DNA of 64,000 nucleotides from the human T2T-CHM13v2.0 reference genome, Homo sapiens: the NCBI RefSeq assembly GCF_009914755.1, contig NC_060948.1; one strand, 5' to 3'. The translations under genes were made by a program, and so were the position numbers. The notes under the pieces were generated by a model. That model was given only the letters and a program-made list of their open reading frames with translations, ran no database searches and had not been told where the DNA came from. Positions 11,553-35,321 of this stretch are shown here, piece after piece; positions within the stretch are counted from its first letter, which is position 1; each line of letters opens with the position of its first letter.

Positions 11553-13357
11553 TGTATACTATACTACAAAGCAATAATATCCAAATGGCATACTAATACA
11601 AAAACAGACACATAGTTAAAAGAAACTTAATAGCAAACTCAGAGTCTATGCATTTACAGTCAAATAATTTTGACAAAGTACTCAAGGGTATACATTGAGG
11701 AAAGGACTATCTCTTAAACAAATGGTGCTGGGACAGCCAGTATTCATAAGCAGCAGAATGATACTAGATTGCTATCATTTGCCATATACAAAAATCCAGC
11801 TAAAAGAAATAAATACTTAAATTTAAGACACCAAAGGTAAAACAATAGAGGATCACATAAGAGAAACACATCACGACATCAGTCTATGAAAAGATATTGA
11901 TAAGATTAAAAAGCATAGCCAAGAAAAAAATACTCATGTAGGACCATATCAAACAAAAAGCTTCTACACTACAACAATTGACAGAAAAAATAAACCACTT
12001 ACAAAATGGGAAAAATATTTTCAAAGCAAAAAAAAAATCCTTTAAATTAAATATAGGAAAAAGTTTGAGCAGACTTTAAAAAAAAAAGGCAAATGTTTAA
12101 CAAGTTACATAATTTGCTTCTGTGTTCCCACCCAAATCTCATTTTGAATCCTAATCCCCATGTGTTGAATGAGAGACCTGGTAGAAGGTCATTGAATTTT
12201 AGGAGCATCTTCCCCATGCTGGGTTCTCGATATTGAGGGAGTTCTCACAAAATCTGATGGTTTATAAGTGGCAGTTTCCTTGGCACTTGCTTCTTTCTAC
12301 TGCCACCTTGAAAAGAATGTGCCAGCTTCCCCTTCCCCTTCTGCCATGATTGTAAGTTTCCTGAGGCTTCCCCAGCCATGTGAAACTGTGAATCAATTAA
12401 ACCTCTTTCCTTTATAAATTACTTAGTTTTAGGCAGTTCCTTACAGCAGTGAAAAAAAGGACTTATGCAAGAAAGTACTTTAAAATTGATCAACATTATT
12501 ATCAGGGAAATGCATATTAACACTACAATAAAATATCTGTGTTAAAATGTGATATCTAAAAGTCAGACAAGAATAATAACTGTTGGAGAAGATGCAGAGG
12601 AAAGATAATTTTTATATATCTTTGGTGAAGTAAATTAGTAAAGCCATTTTTTAAATGAGTAAAAAAATTAACCCCCAAAATCAAATAGCATTAATATACA
12701 ATCTAGCAGTTACACTAATTGGTATTTAACCAAAGGAAAAAAATAGTATTTTGAAGTGATAGCTGCATCCCATGTTTATTTTAGCAATTTACAATATTTA
12801 TAAATATTTACAATATTGCTAATATATGGAATCAATCTAAATGCCAATCAAAAGATGAATGAATAAAGACAATGTGGTAAATACACATAATGTGATACTT
12901 TTCTGCCATTAAACAGGAATAAAATCTGTTCATTCATGGCAACATGAATGAGCCTGGTGGAAATACAATTAAGTTACATAAGTTTACCTACATATGTAGG
13001 AACCTTTAAAAAGTTGAGCTTATTAAAGTAGAGAGTAAATTGTGGCATGAGAAGAGTAGTGAGGAAGAAGAGATAGAAAAAGTTGTGTTAGTAAACACAC
13101 AATTATAGGTAGATAAGAGGAATTATTCTAGTGTTCTATAGGGATATAGAATGAAAATAGTTAATAATATATTGTATATTTTCTAATGTCTGGAAAGTAA
13201 GATTTTATATATCAATAGAAACACATAATAAAGGTTTGAGGTGAAGAATTATGCTAATTTCCAGGATATAATGTTGGACATTTTGTATGTGTACTAAGAC
13301 ATCCTTCAATACGTAAAAATATGTACAATTAGTACATGTCATGTAAAAATAAAAAAC
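11553..13357 (+). mobile_element. L1MA-type 3' portion (late ORF2 and 3'UTR), interrupted by an MST/THE1 LTR
   Basis: aaatggtgctggga, gtagagagt..., gtagataagagga..ctagtgttctata L1MA 3'UTR motifs; A-rich end. Confidence 0.7.
12105..12469 (+). mobile_element. MaLR solo LTR (MSTA/THE1D-like)
   Basis: cccacccaaatctc, ccatgattgtaagtttcctgaggc, caattaaacctctttcctttataaatta motifs. Confidence 0.85.
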
Positions 13358-13785
13358 CTATGAAATAGATCTAAGAAATGTATAGAACATTTTATCCAAC
13401 AGCTGTATAATGGACATTCTTCTATTCTGTATACAGATTATTATCAAGAATAGACCATATGTCAGGCCACAAAAAAAGTCTTAAAAAACTCAAAACATTG
13501 AAATTATATCAAGTATGTTCTCTAACTGCAGTGAAATAAAACCAGAAATAAATAACAAGAGGAACTGTGTAAAGTATAGGAACATGAAAATTAATATGCT
13601 TTTAAATGAGTGGATTAATAAAAATGTTAAGATAAAGTACAAAATTTTTTTGAAGCAAATGAAATGGAAACTAGTATACAAAAACCTATAGAATACAGTG
13701 AATGCAGTATGCTATAAAATAAAAAAGATAGTAATAAGCACCTATATTTAAAAAGTAGAAAAGTTTCAAAGAACCTAATGATGCA

Positions 13786-14088
13786 TTTTTTCTTTTATTT
13801 TAGATTCAGAGGGTAAATGTATAAATTTCTTATATGGATATACTGTGTGATGCTGAGGTTTGGGGTTCAAATAATAATGTGACTCAGGTAGTAATTACAG
13901 TACCCAGTGGGTAGTTTTCCAGCCCTTTCCCCTCTCCCTGACTCCTTTCTTTAATGGCCTCCAGCGTCTAATTATTCTTCTCTTTATGATCCTATGTACT
14001 CAGTAATAAGTTGTGACCTATAACTGAGAATACACAGTATTTAGTTTGCTGTTTCTGCAATCATTTATTTAGGATAATGGCTTTCACT
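13786..14088 (-). mobile_element. 5'-truncated L1PA15/16-like 3' end inserted in the host L1
   Basis: T-tail then tagattcagagggta...tgtgtgatgctgaggtttgggg; TSD-like tgatgcat / tgaggcat. Confidence 0.8.
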
Positions 14089-15299
14089 TGAGGCATCTTC
14101 AAGAACTAGAAGAACTAGAGCAAACCAAACAATAAAAACAATTGATTCTTTAAAACATGAACAAATATGATAACTGTTTACCTGGACTAAGAAAAAATAA
14201 AAAATACTCAAATAAAATGAAAAAATTAAGAAAAAGACATCTAATACCACAGAAATTTTAAAAAATTTCTTTGAATTTCAACAAGATATGCTGAATTTCA
14301 GCAGAATACATTGAAGTACTACATGCCAACTACGTAGAAAACTTAGAAAAAAATTGATAAATTACTAGACACCTAAAACCTACCAAAACTGACCAATGAA
14401 AAAATCCAAAACCTAAAGAGTAAATATTTTATAAAAGCTGTAGTGAAATGTCTTCTAGCAAAAGAAACAAACAAAAAATGAAAAAGCTGGGCCCTGATGG
14501 CTTCACTGCTGAATTTTACTAAACATATAAGAAATAACAATTCTACTCAAAGTATTATTAAAAAAAGAGAAGAAAATATTTTCAAATTTATTCTCTGAGG
14601 TTAGTATTACACTGATACTAAAACCAAAGGCACTCCATATTGAGAAAACTACAGATCAACATCTCTGATAATTATTGATACATAAATTTTTAACAAAATA
14701 TTAACAATTCAATAACACATTGTAAAATTATTCATGCACAAGTAGAATTAATCCCATATTAATAATAATGATTCAAAATAAGCAAATCAATTATGTGTTG
14801 TATCAGATTAACAGAATGAAGGACAGAAACTATATTATCATTTCAATTGATGCCAAAAAATTAATAAAATCCATTGCTTTATGATAAGAAAAAAAAACCT
14901 CAAAAACTGTATATGGAAAAACATAACACTGAAAGCCACACACAACAAATCCACAACTAATATCATAGTGAATGGAAAAAGACTTTCCTCTAATATGTAA
15001 AAATAGGAAAAATGTCCATATTCACCACTCTTATTCAAAACAATACTGGAAAGTCCTAGATAGAACAATTAGACAAATGAAAGAAATAAAGGATATTCTA
15101 ATTGAAAAGTAAGTCACATTTTCCTTGCTTGCAGGTGGTATAATCTGATAGTTGGAAAAATCTAAACACTCTACCAAAAATAATTAGAATTAAAAACAAA
15201 CTTAGAAAAGTTTCAGGAACAAATCAACATTCAAAAATTAGTGGCATTTGTATATGTTGATGATGAGGCATTTGAAAATCGAATTAAGAAAGTGATCAA

Positions 15300-15570
15300 G
15301 GTGGGGCATGGTGGCTCATGCCTGTAATCTCAGCACTTTGGGAGGCCAGGGTGGGTGGATCACGAGGTCAGGAGATTGAGACCACCCTGGCTAACATGGT
15401 GAAACCCCATCTCTACTAAAAAATAGAAAAAAAAACTAGCTGGGCATCGTGGCGAGCACCTGTAGTCCCAGCTACTCGGGAGGCTGAGGCAGAATGGCAT
15501 GAACCTGAGAAGCAGAGCTTGCAGTGAGCTGAGACTCCATCTCAAAAAAAAAAAAAAAAAAAGAAAGAAA
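15300..15570 (+). mobile_element. AluY-like element with a short deletion in the right arm
   Basis: gatcacgaggtcaggagattgagacc..ctggctaac, gaatggcatgaacc; jumps from gtgagctgaga directly to ctccatctc. Confidence 0.9.
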
Positions 15571-15684
15571 GATCCAATTCATTATAGCTACAAACAAAAT
15601 TAAGTACCTAAAAAATTTAACGAAAATAAGAAAAGAATCTCTACAATGAAAGCTCATAAAATATTGATGCAATAAATTGAAGCA

Positions 15685-15722
15685 AACACACACACACCAC
15701 ACACACACACACACACATACAC
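15685..15722. repeat. (CA)n microsatellite
   Basis: Direct reading. Confidence 0.95.
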
Positions 15723-18070
15723 AAATGAAAACATTATTTCATATTTCTGGATTGGAAAAACACAATGCTATTAAAAGTAATGTACAGATTCAATGCAATA
15801 CCTGTCAAAAAAAATGACATTCTTCAAAGAGATAAAAAAACTTAACATTCATATGAAATCATGAAATATCCAGAAAAATTAAAATGGTTTTAAGCAAAAA
15901 TAATAATATTGAAGGAATAACATTGACTAAGTTTAAATTATGCTACATTATGGTAATCAAAATAACATGGAACTGGTATAAAAGTAGGCGCATTAGACAA
16001 ATGAAAATGACAGAGAAGCTGGAAATAAATTTGTACATGTAAACTGAACTTATTTTAAACAAAGGTGCCAAGATCATGCATTGTGGAAAGGATACTCTCT
16101 TTATTTAATAGTGCTGGGAAAACTTAATATCTATATGCAGAAGAAGAAAACTAGACCTGTATCATGGTGTACAAAAATAAAATCAAAATAAATTAAATAT
16201 TTACATCTCATATTTCAAATTTTAAAACTACTAAAACAAAACACTGAAGAAATCTCTTTATGGCATTGGTCTGAGTAAAGATTTCTTGGTAAATCTGAGG
16301 AAAAGTTGCCTCCCAAAAATGGAAGAATGGGATTATATCAAATTAAAGAGATTTTGCTTAATATTTCTTATTAAAATAATAAGCAATATTATTTTAAATT
16401 ATGTTTAATAGGCAATATTAAGAGATAATCCATAAAATGAAAAAAATGTATTTGCAAATGATCCATTTGACAAGAAAGCTGAGAACCCTGCATGGGGCTA
16501 CAATACACCAGAACTTGTTCCCAGCTCCCACAGACTCCTGGGGGAAGTGGTAAATTTAGCAAGGTAGGAGCAAACTGCTGTCATCATGGATATCAGAAAT
16601 CTTGGAAGCAGAAGACTGCAGGACACACAGACACTTGAGTTGGAAAAGAGAGCTGCTTAGAGGGGTATCAGAGCAGAAACCAGAGAGTTTTTATGAGACC
16701 ATCATAGTAGAGCATGACCAGTGACACTGATCCACCAAGGCTTTCCTTGTTCCCTGAGGAGTCTATAGACTTAAGGCAACTGAAAGAACTAAACAGAGTT
16801 TAGCAGAATAGAATTAATTTTGCCCATGAAATGAAGCTTGTAAAACCTAAGTGCTCCCCTTTGGTTTAATACTTACAACCTGGCTCTTCTGGGGTACCAG
16901 CATGGCTGTGGCTGCTTACATTGTGGCCTAAGGGCCCACTGCAGTGCCTCCTGGGTGTTACATAATAGCTCCAGCACTAGAAGAGCATGTCAGACTATCA
17001 GAGAGCTCCAGCACAGCATCCCCCACTGAAACACAAAAAGTCACCCACACTGTCCCTGATAGAAGCTTCCCTGTGACACTTTGCTGGCAGAAACATACTC
17101 ATGGCCATCCTCTACATTGTTATGCTGGTGCACATGCATATAGGTGAACATTTTATTTCCTTCATCACCTATGTGCATGTGCAGATGCAACCCACTGTGA
17201 CACTTCTGCCAGCATGAGTAAACCCTACATGCCCTGCAGCATCACCATTGCCATAGTAAACCTGTACATAAACACCAGTGCTTTCACTCCCAAGCTGCAT
17301 ACCAACTGGTTCCTGTGTGAATACACACATGGAGGGTGCCTGCCTCATGCCCACCAGTGCTTACATCTGTACCAACAATGCCACTGTTGTGAACATATGC
17401 ACAGACCCTGGAAGCCCCACTCACACTGATGCCACATAGCTATGCTGCTGCTGAGAACACCTGCACAGAGGCTGGCCATCCTACACACATCAGCACTCTT
17501 TCTTAGCCTCTGAGCATGCACCCCATTGTACTGCTGCTATGGCTGGCACTTGCAAATAAGCAGAAATCTCACCGCCATCGTGTAATGAACTGTTTTGCCT
17601 CAGACTATCTACCAGTGTTATGACCAGTGGCCTAGGAGCACAGTAGTCCCTGCAGTACAGCAGATTCCTATCCTTGAAAGACAAGAGGAAAAAGCTGGGG
17701 CCCAATATCAGCCCTCCAGAATTACAGTATGCAGTCCAAGAATCCTGGAATAAACCTTGACCCGCTAGAATATTCTGGAAGTTAAGTCAGTGAACTAACC
17801 ATACCATATGCCAAAATCAAATCCCTAGAGACACCAAAAAATATAAAAGAAAAAAGTTCAAAAAACAAGCTACTTCAAAGATTGTAGGAACTACAATCCA
17901 TAAAGTTGATAAAGATCTAGTGCATTATCTCTGGCAAGTATAAAGCCACAGGCGACTTACTTTCCTACAAACACACTGATTCTCCAAAAATGGTTCTTAA
18001 CCAGGCTGAAATGGCTGAAATACCAGAAATAAATTTCAGAATGTAGATAGAAAGGAATATTATCAAGATT

Positions 18071-19375
18071 TATTCAGCCTTAACCCCTTTAAAAACTCAT
18101 TCTATTTTTACATTTCAAATCCAATGCCTTCTCAACAGTTTTCCACAGTCTTAACTTATTCCAGCATTAACTCAAAAGTCCAAGTTTAAGGTCTTAACTG
18201 AGACAAGGCAAGTCTCTTCTGCCTATAAGTATGTAAAATGAAAAACAAGTTTGTTACTTTCAAAATACAATTGGGGATACAGGCAATAAATAAATGTTTG
18301 CATTCCAAATGGGAGAAATTGCTCAAAAGAAAGGGACCACAGGCCCCATGAAAGTACAAATTTGGGCAGTCATTAAATCTTAAAGCTCCAAATCTTTGAC
18401 TCTATATCTCCCATTCAGGGCATGTTGCTGCAAGGGTTGTCTCCCACAGTCTTGGGCAGCTCCACCTCTCTGGCCCTGCAAGGTATAGTTTCTGTGGCTG
18501 TTTTCACAAGCCGGTATTGAGTGTCTGTGGATTTTTTGGGTGCTTTGTGCAAGTTGTCAGATGATTTAAATTTTGGGGTCTGGGAATGGTGGCCTTCTTC
18601 TTATACTTCCACTATGCAGTGCTCCAGTGGGGACCCTGTGTGGCAGCTATGTCCCACATTTGTTTTCCTACACTGTCCTAGAAGAGGTTCTCCAAGTGAG
18701 CTCTGTTTTTGCAGTAGACTTCTGCCTAGATATCCAAGCATTTCAATTTATTCTCTGAAATCTGGGCAGAGGTTCCTAAATCTCAACTTGCCTTCTGTCC
18801 ACTCACAGTTCAAACATCACATGGAAGCCACCAATTCTTGGGGCTTGCGTTCTCTGATCCACTGGCCTGAGCTGTACCTTGGCCCCTTTCAGCCATGGTT
18901 GGAGCTGAAGCAGCTGGGATGCAGGGTACAAAGTCCTGAAGCTGCACAGAGCAGTGGGGCTCTGGGTCTGGTGAATGAAACCACTTTTCCCTCTTAGGCA
19001 TTCAGGTCTGTGATTGGAGACGCTGCCATGAAGGTCTCTAAGATGTCCTGGAAATATTTTTTTCCTTTTTCTTGGGTATTAGCATTTGACACCTTCTGCA
19101 TGGTTGGGAGGACTTATAAATCTTACAATTATGGCAGAAGGTAAAAGGAAACAAGCATCTTCTTCACAAGATGGGAGAAGAGAAACACAGAAAGAGCAGG
19201 GGAAACTCCTACTTTTAAGCTATTATATCTCATGAAAACTCTCTCACTATCATGAAAACAGCATGGCGGAAGCAACCCTATGATCCAATCACTTCCCATC
19301 AGATCCCTCCTTTGACATATGGGCATACCTATAAAAGATAAAATTTGCGTGGGGACACAGAGAAAAGCTATATCA
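18071..19375 (-). mobile_element. MSTA-type MaLR: internal fragment plus partial 5' LTR; 3' LTR lost
   Basis: ccagcattaactcaaaagtccaag, tgagacaaggcaagtc (MaLR internal); LTR part 19095-19375 ends ggggacacag...tatca. Confidence 0.85.
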
Positions 19376-19979
19376 ATTGGCATAACTGAAAGAGAGGAAG
19401 AGAAACCAAGCAACTTGGAAAACATGTTTTAGAATATCAACTAGAAATATATTTTCAACCTATCTATAGAGGACAACATTGAAATTCAAAAAATGCAGAG
19501 AACCCCAGTGAAGTACTACATAAGAAGACTATCCCCAAGATACATAGTCATTAGAATCTCTCATATCAAAATGAAAGGAAAAATGTTAAAGGCAGCTAGA
19601 GATAAGAAACAGGACACCTACAAAGAAAACTGCATTGGGCTATTACAGACATTTTGGCAGATATTGACAAGCCACACCATTTTCAGGGCCTATATTCAAA
19701 ATTACTGAAGAAAATAATTTTCACACAATAATTTTATATCTAGACAAATTAAGCTTCCTTATTGATTATAATTCTTTCAGACAAGCAAATGCTAAAAGAA
19801 CTCACTATCAATAGACCTGTTTTAAAAGAGGTTGTGAATAAAGTGCTAAATGTAAAAAGAAAAGGCCATAATGGCCACTCTAGAAACAAACTAAAGTTCA
19901 TGTACCAGTGATACTAAAAAGCAGCCACACAAACAAGTCTGCATAATAACCAGCCAACAGAATATCAACAGGATCAAAA

Positions 19980-20735
19980 TGAGGACTAACTTCTGATATT
20001 TTATCTTATTCAAATTCCTACCTAGGGAGTCTAGAGAGCCATGCCCTACAAACCATAAATTCGCATCATATGGGCTTTATTTGACCCTACATATTGTGGC
20101 TTACTTTTCAATCTGACTCTACCATAACATTATAAAACAAGAAAAAAATATTTAACCCCAAAATATATTTCCTTGCCATATCTTGATATTACCCTGCAAA
20201 CTCCCTTGTGGGAAAAATCTGCATTCTATAGCATATTCCCTACCCCTTTGTTTTTCTTCCTTTCTTTTCAGATCCAGGAGATAATCAACTAAGAGCTGGA
20301 CACCATTTTGGGTCTAATAAGAAACATTTTACAACCTGTTCTCTCTCTGAAGTCTGCTACCTGACAGCTTCCTCTGCACAATGAAACTTCTTCCCCAAAA
20401 TTCTTTATCTTAACCTGAACATTCCTTTCCATTAATCCCAGGTCTTCAGATTAACTCAACCAACTGTCAAACAGAAAATGTTTAAATTTTCCTGTAGTCT
20501 GGAAACCCCTGCTTTGAAATATCCTGGCTTTCTTAAAGAAACCAATGTATTTCTTGCATGTATTTGATTTATGTCTCAGCCTCCCTAAAATATGTAAAAC
20601 CAAGCTATACCCTGATCATCTTGGGCACATGTTCTCAGACCTCCTGAGGGCTTTGTCATAGGCCATGGTCACTCATATTTGGCTCAAAATAAACCTCTAA
20701 AAATATTTTGCAGAGTTTGACTCTTTTCATCAATA
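19980..20735 (+). mobile_element. MER4-group solo LTR (MER4E/MER4D-like)
   Basis: Starts tgaggactaa..catgccctacaaaccataaatt; ends ggctcaaaataaacctct..gagtttgactcttttcatcaata; splits the host ggatcaaatccac motif. Confidence 0.85.
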
Positions 20736-20926
20736 AAATCCACAGGTATCAATACTATGCTTGAAGGTAAATGGGCTAAATGCACCACTTCAAAGACACA
20801 GAGTGGCAAACTGAATAAGAAAAGCAAGATCCATTGGTATGCAGTGTTTGAGAGGCTCATCTCACATGCAATGACACCCAAAAGTTCAAAATAAAAAGAT
20901 ACAGAATAATATACTATGCAAATGGC

Positions 20927-20927
<1 letters not shown>

Positions 20928-20959
<32 letters not shown>

Positions 20960-20992
20960 ACAACCAATCAATACCACCACCACCAACAACAA
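20928..20992. repeat. (CAA)n/(CCA)n microsatellite inside L1 ORF2
   Basis: Direct reading. Confidence 0.95.
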
Positions 20993-23056
20993 AAAATGAT
21001 GGTTTCTCTCCTAATTTCAGGCAAAATGGAATATAAATCAACAGAGATATTGAAAGGCAAAGAAGGACATTACATAATGAATGGTAAGGAGCTCAATATG
21101 AACATGACCCAGCCGTGTTAACCCCACTCAGGGGTGCCCGGATTTATTAAATAAGTTATTAGAGGTCTACAAAAAGACTTACATAACTACCCAATAAAAA
21201 TGAAATATTTAAACACTCTACAGGAAGTATTAGACAGATATTTCAGACAAAAAAGCCAACAAAAATATTCAGGACATGAACTCAACAGTTGACAAAATGG
21301 ACCTAATAATCATCTACAGAACTCTCACCCCAAAACAACAGATAATACATTATTGTCATCTGCTTATGACACATACCTTAAAATTGACCACAGAATTAGG
21401 CATAAAACAATAATCAGAAAATTACAAAAAAGTATTTACCCACCAGACTAAAACCACAGCACAATGAAAATATAAATTAATTCTAAGAAAATAGCTCAAA
21501 ATATTATATGTGTATATATATAGAAATTAAATTACTATATTAATTAAATTAAATTACTCTTGAATGACTTCTAGGTAAATCATAAAATTGAGGCAGAAAT
21601 AAGGAATTTTTCTGGAACTATGAGAACAAAGATAAGACATACAAGAATCTCTAGCACATCAGGAAAGCAGTCTTAAAAGGGACATTTATAGCACTAAATG
21701 CTCACATTTAAAAGTTACAAATATCTCAAATAAACAACTTAACTAAACAACTAGAGGAACTAAAGAAACAAGAACAAACCAGCCCCAAAGCCAGTAGAAG
21801 AAAGAAATGATTGAAATCAGAGCTGAACTGATAGAACTTGAAATGGGAAAAGCATTAAAATGAATGATAAATTTAGCAGCTGATGTTTTGAATAAATTAA
21901 TAAAATTAATAAACTGTTAGCTACACTAATGATAAAAAAACAGAATATGCAAATAAACACAATAAATGACAAATTAACATTACCAGTAACACCACATAAA
22001 TACTTTTAAAAATTCAAACATACCACTGTAAATACCTTCATGCACACTCAAGATAGAGCTATTAAAGCTAGAAATAGGTAAATTTCTGGAAACATGAAAA
22101 CCTACAAGAATAAATGTGGAAACAATTGAAACTTTGAACTACAGTACCTTTTCAAATTAAACCAGTAATGGAAAGGCTATTAAACCAAAAAATCTAATGA
22201 TCAGATGGATTGATAGCCAAATTATGCCAGATGCATAAAGAACACCTAGCACGTTCCTTTTTAAACTATAAGACAAGCATCATTTTGATACCAAAATCCT
22301 GGCAGAGAAAACAACAAAACATTATCAGGCCAATATTTTTGATAAAGATGCAACTGTTCTCAACAAAATACTAGAAAACAAATACAGCAGCACATCAAAA
22401 AGATAATCGATATTGTTAAAGTTAACTTTATCCTGAGACAATAATTTTGTTCAACATATGCAAATTGATAAATGTGATTTATCATATAACAAAACTAAAG
22501 TAAAAAAACCACATGATCATTTCAATAGATGCTGCAAAGTCCTTTGAAATAATTCAATATCACTTTATATAAAAACCATAGAGAAACTAGGAATTGAAGA
22601 AACATACCTCAAAGTAATAATAGCTAACTATGACAAATAGCCAACATTATACTGAATGAGTGAAAGCTGAAATATTTTCCCTTAAGAAAAGAAACAAGAC
22701 AAAAATACTTCCTGTCATCCAGTGTATTCAACATAGTACTTAACATTTTAGTCAGAGTAATAAGGCAAGAGAATAAAATAAAAGGCAAGTGAAGATACAA
22801 AACCAATGTACAAAAATCACTAGCATTTGTATAAACAACAGTCAAGCTGAGAGAGAAATAAGAAACACAATTACATTTACAATTGCAGCAAAAAAAAAAA
22901 AAAATCTAGGAATATACTTCTCCAGGGAGGTAAAAGACCTCTACATTGAAAACAATAATACACTGCTCAAAAAAATTAATGATGACACACAGAATTGAAA
23001 AAATCTTATGCTCATATATAGGAAGTAGCAGTATGACCATTTTAATAATATTTATA

Positions 23057-27620
<4,564 letters not shown>

Positions 27621-27659
27621 AGAAAACACTAAGACAAAAGATTCACAATACCACAGTTT

Positions 27660-28195
27660 CCTCTTATCCTAGGGGCTCCTCTCAAGTATATCAGAGTGTT
27701 GTTCATAAACCCCTTGCTGGGGATGCTGAAATTCCCAAACGAAGGCCCTTCCCAGGGAGAAGCAGTGAATTGGAATCCCACTTAAACAAGCAGTCTGACC
27801 ATGAATTGTCCCAGCCACTGTGCTGTGGGTAATTGTTTCCTGTTTAAACCTCGCTAGCACTGGTGGCAGGGGAAAATGGCTGACTGGACATGCAGTGATG
27901 GTGGCCAACTCTGCCCTCCAGAAACTCAGCCTCTCCATGTCTGCATGAGTGGCCACACACAGGAGAAGCCTCTGTGAGTCTGTACAGCTCTATGCTTGAG
28001 ACTGAAGGCCCTGGTGTGGGATCACGAGGGGACCTCCTAATATGTGGGTTGCAAGGAATCACAGAAAAAGTGTTGTTTTCAGGGATTAGTAGCACAATCA
28101 CCACCACCTCCCTTGGCTGGGTGAGGGAGCTCCCTTAGCACCATGCAGCTCACAGGTGGGCCCTCTTTCCTGGGGGGAGATTTCCTGGAGGAAAA
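27660..28195 (-). mobile_element. Second L1PA (L1PA8-13-like) 5'UTR fragment
   Basis: cttaaacaagcagtctgacc, gagactgaaggccctggtg..gggttgcaa; similar in reverse to the 5'UTR at 28990-29200. Confidence 0.6.
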
Positions 28196-28875
28196 GAATG
28201 GCCACCATCACTTTGTCTCCAGTCAGCAATTTTCCAATCACAGTACCTAGCTTTAACATTATATTGTTGAAAGAGGTACTGAAGAGGTTGGACAGCTTTA
28301 AACTACTTACACTACCTCTCCTCCATCCTCCAGCAACAGTCACACTTCATGAAGGGAGAATCTGTACACTTTGGGAAAGGACCGCACAGTGACTGTGAAT
28401 CTTGACATTGAATTCAGTGCTGCCTTGTCACAGCAGAAAGTAAGAGTAAGAGTGGCTGTGCTGCATTTGGAATAATTTATATTGACTGGGCTATTCCTAT
28501 TGTATTAGGCTCAGCTGGTACCAACACACAGAGGAGAACATGCATCCACCCTAGCTAGACAGGGGTCACACACCACAGTGGTCAGAAATTGAGTTTTCTC
28601 TGCAGTCCTGATCACTGTGGGCTTAACTGCTCTGGAGTTATTGGTAAACTTGAAAGGCAGTTTTGGATACAAGGGCCACAATTTCTATCCAATTTCTAAT
28701 GCTGGGCCAGGCTTACAGGCTATTTCTAAGTGGCACATGACTTAGGGAGACATCAGCTGCAGCATCTGAGTGACTGTATGTATCAATCCTCCCCCACACA
28801 AAGGCAGCACAGTCTAAAGAAATAAGTGACTCCTTTCTTTAGCTTGAGAAGAGCAAAGAATAAAGAACACATTGT

Positions 28876-35321
<6,446 letters not shown>

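Larger units (their letters stand above)
13358..16478 (+). mobile_element. Old L1 (L1MA/L1PB-type) ORF2 fragment, endonuclease through post-RT region
   Basis: agaatagaccatatgtcaggccacaaa, gatggcttcactgctgaatttt, gcttgcaggtggtataat (decayed FADD region). Confidence 0.75.
16480..23050 (+). mobile_element. Old L1PA13-16-like LINE-1 (5'UTR, ORF1, ORF2 with deletions), interrupted by MSTA and MER4-type LTRs; 3' end missing
   Basis: C-rich 5'UTR; ORF1 N-terminus aaccaggctgaaatggctgaaat (~18000); ORF 19493-19708 (RRLSPRYIVIR) is ORF1; ORF 22789-22998 (EREIRNTITFTIA..LGI..REVKDLY) is ORF2. Confidence 0.75.

Noticed and set aside
18521-18997. 158-aa ORF
   Set aside because: Antisense to MSTA internal sequence, with no independent sign of coding.
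20684-20992. ORF with a poly-Leu/Val signal- or TM-like N-terminus
   Set aside because: It is the antisense translation of the (CAA)n microsatellite and adjacent L1 ORF2.
21100-21145. Short GC-richer patch resembling mitochondrial 16S (gttaaccccactcagg)
   Set aside because: Better explained as the decayed L1 endonuclease motif acccaacacaggagcacccagattc; too short to call a NUMT.
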